A stretch of DNA of 64,000 nucleotides from Dehalococcoidia bacterium. Its GTDB lineage: Bacteria > Chloroflexota > Dehalococcoidia > Lucifugimonadales > UBA3495. Position numbers and translations under genes: made by a program. The notes under the pieces are model-generated. The model saw only the letters and a list, made by a program, of their open reading frames with translations. It was not told where the DNA came from and ran no database searches. Of the stretch, positions 27,011-36,934 are shown in pieces (the stretch's first letter is position 1; the number at the start of each line of letters is the position of its first letter). The stretch is from the NCBI GenBank assembly GCA_965220105.1, contig OZ244811.1:1161798-1225797 (forward strand), read 5' to 3'.

Positions 27011-27352
27011 CTACCGTCGTGGTTTTCTTGATTGCCGGTGTTTCTCGGCGCAGTCGGAGCAACGGGTTCGGCCTTGGGTGGCGACGTTCGGGCAGTCCCG
27101 GCAGAGGCCGAGTTCCTTGCGCCGTTGGCGTTCCTCGGCGGCTCGTACCCTCCTGAGTTCTCGCTTCTGCTCGGGAGTGAGGCGTGGCCTGGCGGCTTTC
27201 GGGGCTGTCTTGCGCTTAGCGGTGGTTGGGGATTTCCGGCTCGGCTTGGTGGATTTGCGTTTTCTGGAGCCGGTGTTGCCCGCGTTATCCGGCTTGGGGA
27301 GGATGAAAACGTGGTGGAGGGTACTGCCTATTAAACGCGTGTGCGGGGACAA
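27011..27352 (-). CDS. basic K/R-rich protein with C-terminal CxxC...CxxC zinc ribbon (paralog family, copy 1)
   Basis: ...FILPKPDNAGNTGSRKRKSTKPSRKSPTTAKRKTAPKAARPRLTPEQKRELRRVRAAEERQRRKELGLCRDCPNVATQGRTRCSDCAEKHRQSRKPRR. The C-terminus is closely similar to ORF 37908..38102. Confidence 0.5.
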   Translation of the reverse strand: MSPHTRLIGSTLHHVFILPKPDNAGNTGSRKRKSTKPSRKSPTTAKRKTAPKAARPRLTPEQKRELRRVRAAEERQRRKELGLCRDCPNVATQGRTRCSDCAEKHRQSRKPRR

Positions 27353-28211
27353 CCTTCAGGAAGTGCCGCCTCTGTGGCCGGCGCCGGGAATACTTCGGCG
27401 AGTGTAACCGCCGTCTCGGGTCGGAGGTTCGGCAAGTCGCTGGGCTTGGTTAGCGATATGACTGCTCCGTCGCTGGTGGTTCTGTCGATGAATCCCAGGG
27501 GTAGTATGCGGGGCGCGGGCATGATGTCTCTTTTCCTTTCCATGGAAAAGGGCCGGCTAAAAGCCTGCCCCATCGTGGCGGTGGGTTGTCTGTCGTTTGA
27601 CCGTGCCGACCGCGGCCCAAGAGGGCTCTAGCGCTGGCAGAGGCGTCGCTGTTGGCTTTTCCCGTTGTGGGTCGGTCTTTCTCGACAATCTGCGTCAGCG
27701 TGCGGCTGCGGCGCTCTGGGTTTGCTGTGTTGATTCCCGCTGGCATGAAAAAAGGCTGGTCGGTTGACCCGCCCGTTGGAGCGTCCTAAGCAGGACGTTC
27801 GGCTGGCTACTGGCGCATCAGTCCGACATGATGCGTTCCAGCTTCCCGAGCAGTGCTTCTACGTCATCGAGCGCTTCGGCGATGTCCTGCGCGGTCATCC
27901 TGGGGCGAGGTCTGACCCGCTGACTTTTACGGATCTTGCGTGTTGCCGCGCCGTTTCGTGGGTAGGTTTTCGGTGTTGTACCAGTTGACCGCAATAGCCA
28001 GGAGGCGCTCTTGGGTTTCTTTGGAAGGATTGGTTCGGTATCCGTGTGCGGCACCCAGCAGGTGGGAGATAGCTGGCTTGGGCTTCCCGCGCTCAGTTCC
28101 GATAGTTCGCCTATGTTGGCTTCTTGGGAGACTTGAAGCCGCCCTGAGGAGGTTACGGGTCGCTCGGCGATGCTCTGCGTCGGAGTGGAGTGGGTCTTTT
28201 TTGGTCCGCTA

Positions 28212-28324
28212 GTACTCAGTCATACGAGAAATGGCAGTTGCTGAGAGGCAAGGTTTAGGGAACTGAGTGCGGAACTGACCGTGAATAGTAAAAACATCCT
28301 GCCATTTCAAACGTGACTGAGTAC
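28212..28324. mobile_element. 113-bp MITE (IS630/Tc1-mariner type), flanked by TA
   Basis: The left end gtactcagtcatacgagaaatggcag matches the reverse complement of the right end gtactcagtcacgtttgaaatggcag. TA is present at 28210-11 and 28325-26. The first 12 nt are the same as the end of the IS630 fragment at 45397. Confidence 0.7.
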
Positions 28325-28326
28325 TA

Positions 28327-28884
28327 AACTAAAGCCAAGGTGGGATGTACATTTGCAGGGCGTTGGGAATCAGGCTGTGTGTTGCGGGGGAGACCTTCGG
28401 CCCTGGATTGCAGTACGGTCCGGCAGCGCCTCTTGACCTCTTCTTTCCGACTGGCCAGGCCGGCGAGGAAGTTGCCGACCATCCCCTGCACCGCCGCCCT
28501 GGTCCCCAGGCACAGGTTCCCCGTTGCCTCTTCCCTGGCCCAGCCCCAGATAGCTTCATCGCCATTGAAGTCCGGACTGTAGCCTGGCAGGTTCACCAAC
28601 CCCAGGTGCAGACCGGGTGTCCTCAGATACTCCCGCACCGCCTCGCCCCGGTGCGCTGGCGCATTGTCCCAGATCACCATCAGCGGACTGGAGTGTCTGT
28701 CCCTCAGTTGCCTCAGGAAGGCGGCCGAGGTTCCGGAGTTGCTGTTGCCCTCCAGGTCCATCCACTCCACCTCGGCGGTCTCCAAGCACACCGCGGAATA
28801 GTAGCTGGCCTTCTCTCCGTACATAGGACTGGTGGAGGCCACCATGGCCGGCCCTCCCCTCAGCACCCACTTGCTTCGCAGTTC
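28327..28884 (-). pseudogene. IS630-family transposase, C-terminal DDE fragment with its terminal repeat (aactaaagccaaggtggg...)
   Basis: Track ORF 28324..28980 reads ...LRSKWVLRGGPAMVASTSPMYGEKASYYSAVCLETAEVEWMDLEGNSNSGTSAAFLRQLRDRHSSPLMVIWDNAPAHRGEAVREYL...LVNLPGYSPDFNGDEAIWGW. The N-terminal third is missing. Confidence 0.7.
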
Positions 28885-29529
28885 GGCATCGGTCCGGAAG
28901 GTCGCCGAGTAGAAGCCGAGATAAGCGAGACCGGCGGGGAATGCCTTTTTGTCACTCTGGACGTGGTTAACGAGGGCCACTGGAAAGAGGCAGTGGAGGC
29001 CACAGTTCAGCGCTTCGGCAAGCTTGATGTTTTGGTCAACAATGCCGGAATTTTCAAGTTAGCCAATGTGGAAGAGACCTCCTCCGAATTGTGGGATGAA
29101 ATCATGGGCATAAACGCCAAGGGAGTCTTCCTGGGAACCAAGTACGCTATACCCGAGATGCGCAAAAATGGGGGCGGCTCCATAGTCAACATTTCTTCCG
29201 TTGCGGGCTTGATTGGTACCCGCTACTCGGCTGCCTACGGCGCTTCCAAGGGGGCGGTGCGGCTCCTTACCAAGTCCACTGCAATCCAGTACGCCAAAGA
29301 TAATATCCGCGCCAACTCCATCCACCCCGGTGTGATAGAGACACCTATGACCGCACCCAATCTGTTAGCTGACGAACAGGCCCGGCAGATTACCATATCC
29401 CGCCATCCTATCGGCAGGTTGGGGCAGCCGGAAGACGTGGCATACGGTGCCCTGTTCCTCGCATCCGACGAGTCATCTTTCATGACGGGCAGCGAGCTAG
29501 TGATCGATGGCGGCCTAACAGCCCAATAA
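28885..29529 (+). pseudogene. SDR paralog lacking its N-terminal Rossmann motif
   Basis: The 3' part of track ORF 28345..29529 reads EGRRVEAEISETGGECLFVTLDVVNEGHWKEAVEATVQRFGKLDVLVNNAGI...YGASKGAVRLLTKSTAIQYAKDNIRANSIHPGVIETPM... It is colinear with residues about 42-250 of the SDR at 6762..7514. Confidence 0.75.
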
Positions 29530-29576
29530 AATGCGGTAACGTAACGAATATGACCCTTCGCCAGGTATTAGCCCGA

Positions 29577-31136
29577 TCAAGATTGGACGCCGATGATCTT
29601 GTCCCAGTCGGTTGACTGCTGGTAGGCGTAGGCGGCCCTCATGAGGAGCGGGTCGTCGAAGTAGCGGCCGACCAGCTGCATGCTGACTGGGAGACCAGCT
29701 GACGACTTGCCCACGGGAAGGGCGAGGGCTGGATGCCCGGTGTAGTTGAAGGGCAGGGTGTTGCGAGAGCCGCTCGAGTTCATCGTCGCCAGGTTCTCCT
29801 CCACAGCCTCCAGGTAGCTACCCGGAGTTTGGTTCTTGGGCGCCGTCATGATGCATGTGGGCATCACGAGCACGTCGAGGTTAGCAAGTACGGCGTCATA
29901 GGCTTTGATGTAGGTGGGACGCACATTCTGGGCCTTGGCGTACACCCGGCCGTGGTAGTTGCGCCGGCTCAACTCGGCGGCGATGAGCGACAGCTTGCTG
30001 CGTGGCGCAAGCACGTCGGCCTGAGAGGCCCACAGCTTGTTAATGGCGGCGATGACGGAGGCGGGGTAGTAGGTCCGGGCGAAGGCGCCGAAGAACCCAG
30101 TTTTAAAAATGGCAAGGGCGCCTTCGCCCGTGAGCGCGGCCTGGGCCGCGCGGATGGTGTGGTGCTCCGGGACGGACACCTGGGATACGTCGGCACCTGC
30201 CTCTGCGAGGACGTCGACCGCCGCCATCACCAGGTCGCGCACATCGGCCTCGGCATCGTCGAAGCCCTCCTCGAGCACCCCGATGCGCAGCCCGGACACA
30301 CCGTCGGCCAGCCGGCCGAGCAGGTCAATGCTGGTGGGGACGTCTCGTGTCTGGCGGGGATCGTAAGGGTCGTAACCCGCCGTGGCCTGGAGGGTAGCCG
30401 CCGCATCCTCCACAGTACGGGTCAACGGACCCGTGTAGTCGATGCTCTGGTCCGAGCCGAAGCTGATACCGAAATGCGACAGCAATCCGAAGGTGGGCTT
30501 GTGTCCGACGATGCCGGAGAAAGCCGCCGGGATACGGATGGAGCCGCCCTGGTCGCCGCCGAAGGAGATGTCCACCTCGCCGGCGGCCACGGCCGCGGCG
30601 GAGCCCGAGGACGAACCGCCGGTCACGTGATCGTGGTCGTGGGGATTGAGGGGACGGCCGTAGTCGCCGATGGCGCCGCCGGTGCCGAAGCCTCCACTCA
30701 GGCCGTTCATGACGTTCTTGCCGATGATCGTGCCCCCTTCCTTCAGCACCCGGGTGACGACAGTTGCGTCGAAGTCGGGGATGAAGCCTTCGAGGGCGAA
30801 GGAGCCGAAGCTCATGGGTATGCCTGCCACGGCGACGTGGTCCTTGTAACTGACGGTCTTGCCGGCAAGCAGACCTTCGGCCGCCCCTTCGATTCGGCAT
30901 TTCCACATCCAGGCGTTGAGCGGGTCTTCTTCCGCGCTCGGCCGGTACCCGGGCTCGCGGGCGGTAGAGACCATCGGAGGTTTGGGCTCCTCCAACCGGG
31001 CCTGCACGAAGGTGTCCAACTGTCCCAGGTGTTCCACCAGGTACTTCTGGTACTTAACGGCCTCATCGGGACTCAGGTGAATCCCCAACTCCTTGGCCAC
31101 GGCCACCACTTCATCGACGTCAGGTACTGCGTACAT
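29577..31136 (-). CDS. amidase-signature family amidase
   Basis: The ATG at 31136 (preceded by gaggagaag) lies inside track ORF 29577..31283. It has GGSSSGSAAAVAAGEV and GGDQGGSIRIPAAFSGIVGHKPTFG. The long + strand ORF 29733..31154 is antisense noise. Confidence 0.85.
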   Translation of the reverse strand: MYAVPDVDEVVAVAKELGIHLSPDEAVKYQKYLVEHLGQLDTFVQARLEEPKPPMVSTAREPGYRPSAEEDPLNAWMWKCRIEGAAEGLLAGKTVSYKDHVAVAGIPMSFGSFALEGFIPDFDATVVTRVLKEGGTIIGKNVMNGLSGGFGTGGAIGDYGRPLNPHDHDHVTGGSSSGSAAAVAAGEVDISFGGDQGGSIRIPAAFSGIVGHKPTFGLLSHFGISFGSDQSIDYTGPLTRTVEDAAATLQATAGYDPYDPRQTRDVPTSIDLLGRLADGVSGLRIGVLEEGFDDAEADVRDLVMAAVDVLAEAGADVSQVSVPEHHTIRAAQAALTGEGALAIFKTGFFGAFARTYYPASVIAAINKLWASQADVLAPRSKLSLIAAELSRRNYHGRVYAKAQNVRPTYIKAYDAVLANLDVLVMPTCIMTAPKNQTPGSYLEAVEENLATMNSSGSRNTLPFNYTGHPALALPVGKSSAGLPVSMQLVGRYFDDPLLMRAAYAYQQSTDWDKIIGVQS

Positions 31137-31335
31137 GAGGCTCTTCTCCTCTGACTGTAGACTTCCTGCTGTAGACTTCCTGGATCGGCGGGATTTGAAT
31201 CGAAATTTTCCATTTCCACCGGTCCCGGCCTTATCCGATGAAACGAGAGGAGAGTACGCCCGCCCCTGGAAGCCTGTCAACAATCATCCCCCCGTCTTCA
31301 GGTTCGATTTCACCCTTCCCCAGCTTATGCGAGCA

Positions 31336-31875
31336 TTATTCATCGTCATACAGAACCACGGTAAGCCACGGAGCGCCTTGCCGCAGAGGGGATCGCTCCG
31401 TGCCAACCTGGAACTCAGGGCAGGGTAACGCTCGTGGTGCGCGGGCAGGGTACCGTGAAAGGGCATTTTCCCCCTTGGTCAGGAATTCTAGCAATGCCGG
31501 ACCGCCGCTGGACATTGCCTCCCTGGCCCGTCCTATGGCCGGAACTATCTCTTGCGGGTCTTCGACTCTTTCGCCGTAACCGCCCAGGGTTTTAGCTAGG
31601 TTGGCGTACTCACCCTATAGGTTAGTGAAACCGAGCCGCTCTGCGGATACCGGATAATCTACGGAATAGCCGCTTAGAACGTGGTCGTTCAAGACGATGG
31701 TCATGATTGGAACCTGATGCCGCACCGCCATCTCTATGTCCATTCCGGACATCCCAATAGCGGCGGCGTCCATGATGTTGACCCCCAGCTTCTCAGGGGC
31801 TCCCAGCTTCGGCCCCATCGCCAGACCGAGGCCATATCCCAGCTGGGAGGAGTTTCCCCAGCCCAGGTAGCTTAC
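31336..31875 (-). pseudogene. thiamine-diphosphate enzyme (acetolactate-synthase-like), C-terminal fragment with in-frame TAG (31615-31617)
   Basis: My translation: SYLGWGNSSQLGYGLGLAMGPKLGAPEKLGVNIMDAAAIGMSGMDIEMAVRHQVPIMTIVLNDHVLSGYS...ERLGFTNL*GEYANLAKTLGGYGERVEDPQEIVPAIGRAREAMSSGGPALLEFLT. The first roughly 370 aa are absent. It starts directly after the stop of the ALDH fragment. Confidence 0.65.
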
Positions 31876-31882
31876 TTATTAA

Positions 31883-32685
31883 TCAGCCCTCTCTAATTAG
31901 CTGTCCGTAGGCCGGCTTGGCCGCCAGGCCAGTGCCGTCGGTGAATATCTGCTTAACTTTCAAAAAGTCGTCCAGCCCGTGGTAGCCCAACTCTCTCCCG
32001 ATGCCGCTTTGCTTAAAGCCGCCCCAGATTCCTTCCACCGGTTGGGCGTAGTTGTCCCAAATCCACACGGTGCCCGCACGAACGCGTCTAGCCACTCGGA
32101 GGGCCCGGGGATAATCGGTGCTCCAAACCCCGGCAACCAGACCAAAGTCCACCGCGTTAGCCAGCTCTATGGCCTCATCCTCTTCCTGAAAGGTAGTTAC
32201 AGTAACCACCGGTCCAAAGATTTCCTCCTGGCTTAGGCTCGAAGAGTTATCCACCCGGTCGAATATTGTCGGCTCCACGTAATAGCCGTGATCGTATTCG
32301 CCTCCCGTTAACTTTTCACCACCGGTAACCAGCTCGAATCCGGCATCTTGGCCCAACTTGATGTAATCCAGTACTATCTTTTCCTGACTGCTGGAAATCA
32401 GCGGACCCATGTCGGTGAATTGGTCTGTGGGATGGCCGACATCGATCTGACTCGTTAGCTCTAACACTCTGGAGAGGAATCGATCGTGAATCCCTTCGTG
32501 GAGTAATAACCTGGTGGTGGCGCCACAGGCCTGCCCGGCGTTGCGGAACATCCCGAAAATCGCCGCTCGCGCCGCCGCTTCGACATCTGCATCATCGAAC
32601 ACCACAAAGGGCGCCTTTCCTCCCAGCTCCAAACTAACCCTTTTGACTTGCATTGCGGCCTGAGCCGCGATCAGTTTGCCGGTGC
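31883..32685 (-). pseudogene. aldehyde dehydrogenase, C-terminal about 265 codons, 5' end replaced at a MITE insertion
   Basis: STGKLIAAQAAMQVKRVSLELGGKAPFVVFDDADVE...FRNAGQACGATTRLLLHE...EEIFGPVVTV. The catalytic ELGGK and the Cys motif are present but the N-terminal half is missing. Confidence 0.8.
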
Positions 32686-32687
32686 TA

Positions 32688-32833
32688 AACTAAAGCCAAG
32701 GTGAAATGCGCAGATGGCGGGGGTCAAACGACAGAGCCGGGTCATTCTCCAAGTACGGATGAAAGGGATTCACCCGCGCAACCCAGCTGATCATCATCGC
32801 CAATTAAATGTAGATCCCACCTTGGCTTTAGTT
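32688..32833. mobile_element. 146-bp MITE derived from the IS630-type element whose fragment ends at 28327, flanked by TA
   Basis: The left end aactaaagccaaggtgaaatg matches the reverse complement of the right end aactaaagccaaggtgggatc. The same 16-mer terminates the transposase fragment at 28327. TA is present at 32686-87 and 32834-35. Confidence 0.7.
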
Positions 32834-32835
32834 TA

Positions 32836-32967
32836 GCAGCAAGCAGCACCAATCGGAACCGCGCCCCAGCCGTTCTCAGAAGCCTGATGAACATCGCCGA
32901 CGGCGAGTTCCTCCTTGGCTTGACGTAGCAGATGGCGGCTGGCTACTTGGTATGTCCTCGGTGTCAT
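32836..32967 (-). pseudogene. N-terminal fragment of a HEPN/PaREP1-like protein (paralog of 36935..37321)
   Basis: My translation from the ATG at 32967: MTPRTYQVASRHLLRQAKEELAVGDVHQASENGWGAV..., broken at the MITE. Compare QAIERLQNGDIRDAAEKAWCAT in the full-length paralog. Confidence 0.35.
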
Positions 32968-32986
32968 GGGTGCCCTCGGTTCCTAT

Positions 32987-33877
32987 CTATTCCTGTGCCT
33001 CTTCGTATCCGTACGAGGTGGAGGACATCACCAGTTTGCGGGGGCTGTCCGTCTGATATCGGTTGTTGTCGTTTGCCAGCCGGTTCTGGATGGTCTCTAA
33101 CGACTCAGGTGGTGTTCTCTCGGTGTAGTACACCCTAACCACTGCTTCGTTCGGCACTCGAACCAGGTTGACTGGCTGCCCATGCCTGTCATTCTCTCCC
33201 GTCCCGATGGTCTCGTTCAATTCTACGATCAAGCGCCATTCGTTCTCGTAACGCCAATGGTCGCTTTTCAGCGACAGGAGCTTTGGCAAATTCGACCTTG
33301 GCCACGCTAGCACGATGGGCCCCGCGATGGGTGCGGTACGGTCGCTGTATTGCACTGGCAGTAACTCCCCATTCGCACCGGCAAGTTTGGCTATTGCCGA
33401 TTTGTCGTACCCGATGGCAAACCCGGAACCGTCAGTCGTGTAATGAGACCACATCAGTGGGTGCTGTGGGTCGACGGCGAACGAGACGATGCCGAACTTA
33501 GTAGAGACTTGTTCTGCGAACAACTGTCGGGTGAACAGGCTGCCATACCGTTGCCTGGCGTTGTGTACGTGCTCTTCCGTCACGGGAGTGCTTTCATTAA
33601 TCTGAGTGAGGGCCTCTGCTAGTAGGCGGTTCTCTTCTGATGCGTCCCGTATCACGTATAGTGCAGTAACCGCACATTCAAACGGGTCGTTCAAGGCTGC
33701 CGGCTGGGTCGCGCGAAGGGTTCCGTCACCCACCTCTGGGATGCAGGTCAGTGCCCGGTTGGCGGTCATGTATTTGTACAGGATATCCACGATGTTCAAC
33801 TTGGCTCGAAGAGGCTGGTTCGGTCTTGATTGCACGCCGTTTAGTCTGCTGTGCAGCACCGTGTGTAGCAGGACCAA
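32987..33877 (-). CDS. DUF2971-family protein
   Basis: LYKYMTANRALTCIPEVGDGTLRATQPAALNDPFE... then GIVSF...HPLMWSHYT..GSGFAIGY...DHWRYENEWRLIV, the DUF2971 pattern as I remember it. The gene begins 16 nt after the stop of the MmeI-like gene, so it looks like an operon. The start codon is uncertain. Confidence 0.65.
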   Translation of the reverse strand: MVLLHTVLHSRLNGVQSRPNQPLRAKLNIVDILYKYMTANRALTCIPEVGDGTLRATQPAALNDPFECAVTALYVIRDASEENRLLAEALTQINESTPVTEEHVHNARQRYGSLFTRQLFAEQVSTKFGIVSFAVDPQHPLMWSHYTTDGSGFAIGYDKSAIAKLAGANGELLPVQYSDRTAPIAGPIVLAWPRSNLPKLLSLKSDHWRYENEWRLIVELNETIGTGENDRHGQPVNLVRVPNEAVVRVYYTERTPPESLETIQNRLANDNNRYQTDSPRKLVMSSTSYGYEEAQE

Positions 33878-33893
33878 TCGGTAGCATTTGTCT

Positions 33894-36724
33894 CTACTGC
33901 TCGGCCGATGTTCCCGCCCGCTCCAGGTTCAGTGCCAGCAGCCTTTCGAGGATCTCTGTGTCGGTCAGGTCCGCCGGCCACCCGTAAGCGTCGGCCACCG
34001 CCGCGTCCAGCCGTGCGTGGGCGTTGTCCAACCATGTCGGCCGCTGGTTGTACAGGTTTGTCAGAGTTCGTTTCCGCAGCTCCGCCGCGCTGATCCCCGG
34101 AGGATTCAGCCAGCTCTCCCGCTTGTCGTTCAAGTCCGCTGCTGCCGCGCCGATGGCCTCTCGCTGCTCCTCCGTAGGACGCGGAAACGGGAACGTCTCA
34201 AAGCAGGTGGTTGGGGTGTAACGGAACCCAGATTCTACTTCCCGCAGTTGAGTCCCCATGCCTCGTGCCCACAGTTCGTGAAAACGCGAGTGCAACACGC
34301 CAAACGTGTAGTCGTCATCCTTTGCGATGGCCACCACTGCGCTATCGGCCAACGTTTCCGGGGCTACCCATGCAAACAACCTGTGCTTCGAGACTCTGGG
34401 AGTGACGATAAACCGCGACAGTGGGTTGAGAGCTTTTCGCATGTCTTGCCCTGAAGCACCTAATCGCCACCAGTTCTCTCGCCGCCGGCGGTCTCGGTTT
34501 TGCTCGCGGGCTGGCCTGACATGTTCATTGACGTACTCGAAAGGCGCTTCGAACAAGGCGGCTTCCTCACGTGCCATATCGCGGAAATCGATGATACACA
34601 TCCCCCGTGGACGGTCTGTTATATCCCGCCCGTTAACCCACGGACTGATTACCGCAGAATTCCCGAGGTTGTGAGGATTGGGGCGCGAAAGCATTTCCTC
34701 GGCCAACGCTCCCGGAATATCGAAGGGTCCGACTTTGACAGGTCCTTGAAAAGCCAAACGAAGGTTCGCACTTATTCGCTTGGCCCGTGTCAGATCCTCT
34801 CCGGAGGTCAGATTGGCATTGATAACGCTTACTCTCTCGCCATCCAGTACCCGCTCTGTTTCGGTTCCGTTGTCGAAAGCGACAATAGAAACGTGGACTG
34901 CGGCACCCTCCAATACCCAGGGATGATCTGACCAGGCTAGGTGAATATCGCCAGTCTCTTTGACTCGCTGTAGCACTTGTCGGCTAGCGCCACCGCGAAT
35001 GCCTTGCGTCGCCAATAGTCCTGCCCGCTTGACCTTTCCCTGTTCGACCATGGCTCGGGCTTTTTCGAACCAGTAGCACACTAGGTCTCCTGCCCCTGGC
35101 ACACGACCATCGTACAAATCGAACAAGGCTTCCACATATTCGTTGTTCAGGTTGCTCCGCAGGAGTTGACTCCCCAAAAACGGTGGGTTGCCCACGATGA
35201 ACTCCGCCGCCGGCCATTCCGGTTCCGCCGGATTGTCGGGGTCGGTTAGGTCCAGTATCGCGTCGGTCTGCCGTATTGTGTCCAGCGGGATCAGTAGCGG
35301 TTGCTGTGTGTAACGGAAGCCGTTGGCGTGGTGCCACTGGATATAGCCTATCCACAGCGCCGTCCGTGCCAATTCCGCCGCGTAGTGGTTGATCTCCAGT
35401 CCCAGCATCTGGTCCGGTTGCACCGACGGCGTCAGTCCGTGCCAGTCCTGCACCGCGGCGAAATCGATCACCTCTCGCTCCAGGTCCAGCAACGATCGCA
35501 GCGCGATGTACAGGAAGTTGCCGCTGCCGCACGCCGGGTCCAGCACTTTCACCGACGCCAGCCGTTGGCGGAACGCGTTCAGCTGCTCCCGCGCCGTAGT
35601 CCTCAGTGCTGTTGCCAGCGTGGTCAGGGGTTCAAAACCCGTCCTTTGTGTCGTCGCCAGCACAGCATTGGACTCCTGTTTCGAGTCCAGCAGCTTGTCA
35701 ATCGCGGCCCGCGCCTCCTGCCACTCTTGGCGTAGCGGCGTCATCACCACCGGTTCCACCACCAACTCGATGTCGTCGGCGCCGGTGTAATGGGCCCCGT
35801 CTGCGCCCGTTTCGATGCGTCCAGCGCACGCTCGAACAGCGTCCCGAATATGGATGGCTCGATGTCCCGCCAGTTCCGGTCGCACGCTTCCCCCAGCCGC
35901 TGCAGGGCCACCGTGCTGAGTTCTACCGTGTCCACGACGTTGAACAGGTCGCCGTTGAAGTGCGCGATCTCATCTGCTCCCGAGAACCCGCCTTTGGCCA
36001 TTTGGGCAAACAGGCTACGAATCGCCCGGTCGAAGGTCGCCGGATCACGATAGTGTTGCGCCACTATACGCGTGAATAGCCCCTCGGGCAGCAGCCCCGC
36101 GTCCTCCGAGTACAGGCAAAACACCAACTGGTTCAGGTAGTGAGCTAGGCGCTCTGTATCCTCATTGCGCGCCTCCATGTCCACCACGATGGATTGGAAC
36201 AGTGATGCCGTCTCACGCGTGACCGCGTCGACTGACCGCAGCCGATCCCGGTACCGTTGCGGCGCGAAGAACGCGTCCCGTACCAAGCCCAGCCGGTCCG
36301 GTTGCTCAAGCTCAGCGATCCCGACGTCGTACCGGGCGGTCTCCATGCCCGGGAAGTTGGTCTGGATCCGTATCGTCTCGAACGACGACACGATCAGCAG
36401 CGGTGGCGTCTTCAGGTGCACCTGGTAGCGGAGCAGCTGGTCGAATGCACTGTCCAGTTGCGCGTCCTGTCCCTTGAACTCCCAGCCGAAGTGCTCCTCG
36501 AAGTATGCGTCCGCAAACCCACCCGGCACCCACTTCTCAAAGGTGAACGCCTCCGGATCGCTATACGCTGCCGGCGTGGCGTGACCCACCAGGCCGCAAA
36601 GGTCGTTGAAGAACGACTGCGCTCCCTGCCGTTCGCCGAACCCGGCGTCATGCCAGCAGCCGGCAAACTCCTGCGGGGTCATTGTCGGTAATTGCGGTGT
36701 CATCCCGTCTGCGGGCTCCAACAT
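33894..36724 (-). pseudogene. MmeI-like type IIL/IIG restriction-modification enzyme (PD-ExK nuclease + N6-adenine MTase + TRD), 1-nt frameshift at 35795-35798
   Basis: Two overlapping track ORFs. ORF 35744..36724 has ...GFADAYFEEHFGWEFKGQDAQLDSAFDQLLRYQ (D..ExK) ...IFGTLFERALDASKRAQTG. ORF 33894..35885 has GAHYTGADDIELVVEPVVM..., DPACGSGNFL, and FIVGNPPFLG. One extra G in the run acgggg-ccc restores a single frame: 2831 + 1 nt = 944 codons. Confidence 0.8.
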
Positions 36725-36934
36725 ATCAGTGGGTACGACTCGTCGAAAATGACACGCGTCATTCGTTAGGGTGACCCACCTGTGCGGTCATCGGCTTTGC
36801 CTCGAGCTACGGCTTGGTTCTGTCATTTGCAACCGGTCCCTGAATTACTTGTCCGCCTTGGTTGAAAATGGCCGGAGCCCCTCTGTGGGGAAGGGCCCCG
36901 GCCGCAGCTAGGCTGACAGTTGAGTATCTGCCAC

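Noticed and set aside
29733-31154. Very long ORFs on the strand opposite to well-supported genes. Examples: 29733..31154 vs the amidase; 3872..4711 vs the IS256 transposase; 50873..52099 and 52136..53206 vs the type IIG gene; 61331..62785 and 60056..60958 vs the FN3 protein; 55031..55975 vs the cadherin protein; 7486..8229 vs the hydrolase.
   Set aside because: They are typical high-GC antisense open frames: Arg/Gly/Ala/Pro/Val-rich with no recognisable motifs. The opposite strand carries clear family signatures with RBS-linked starts.
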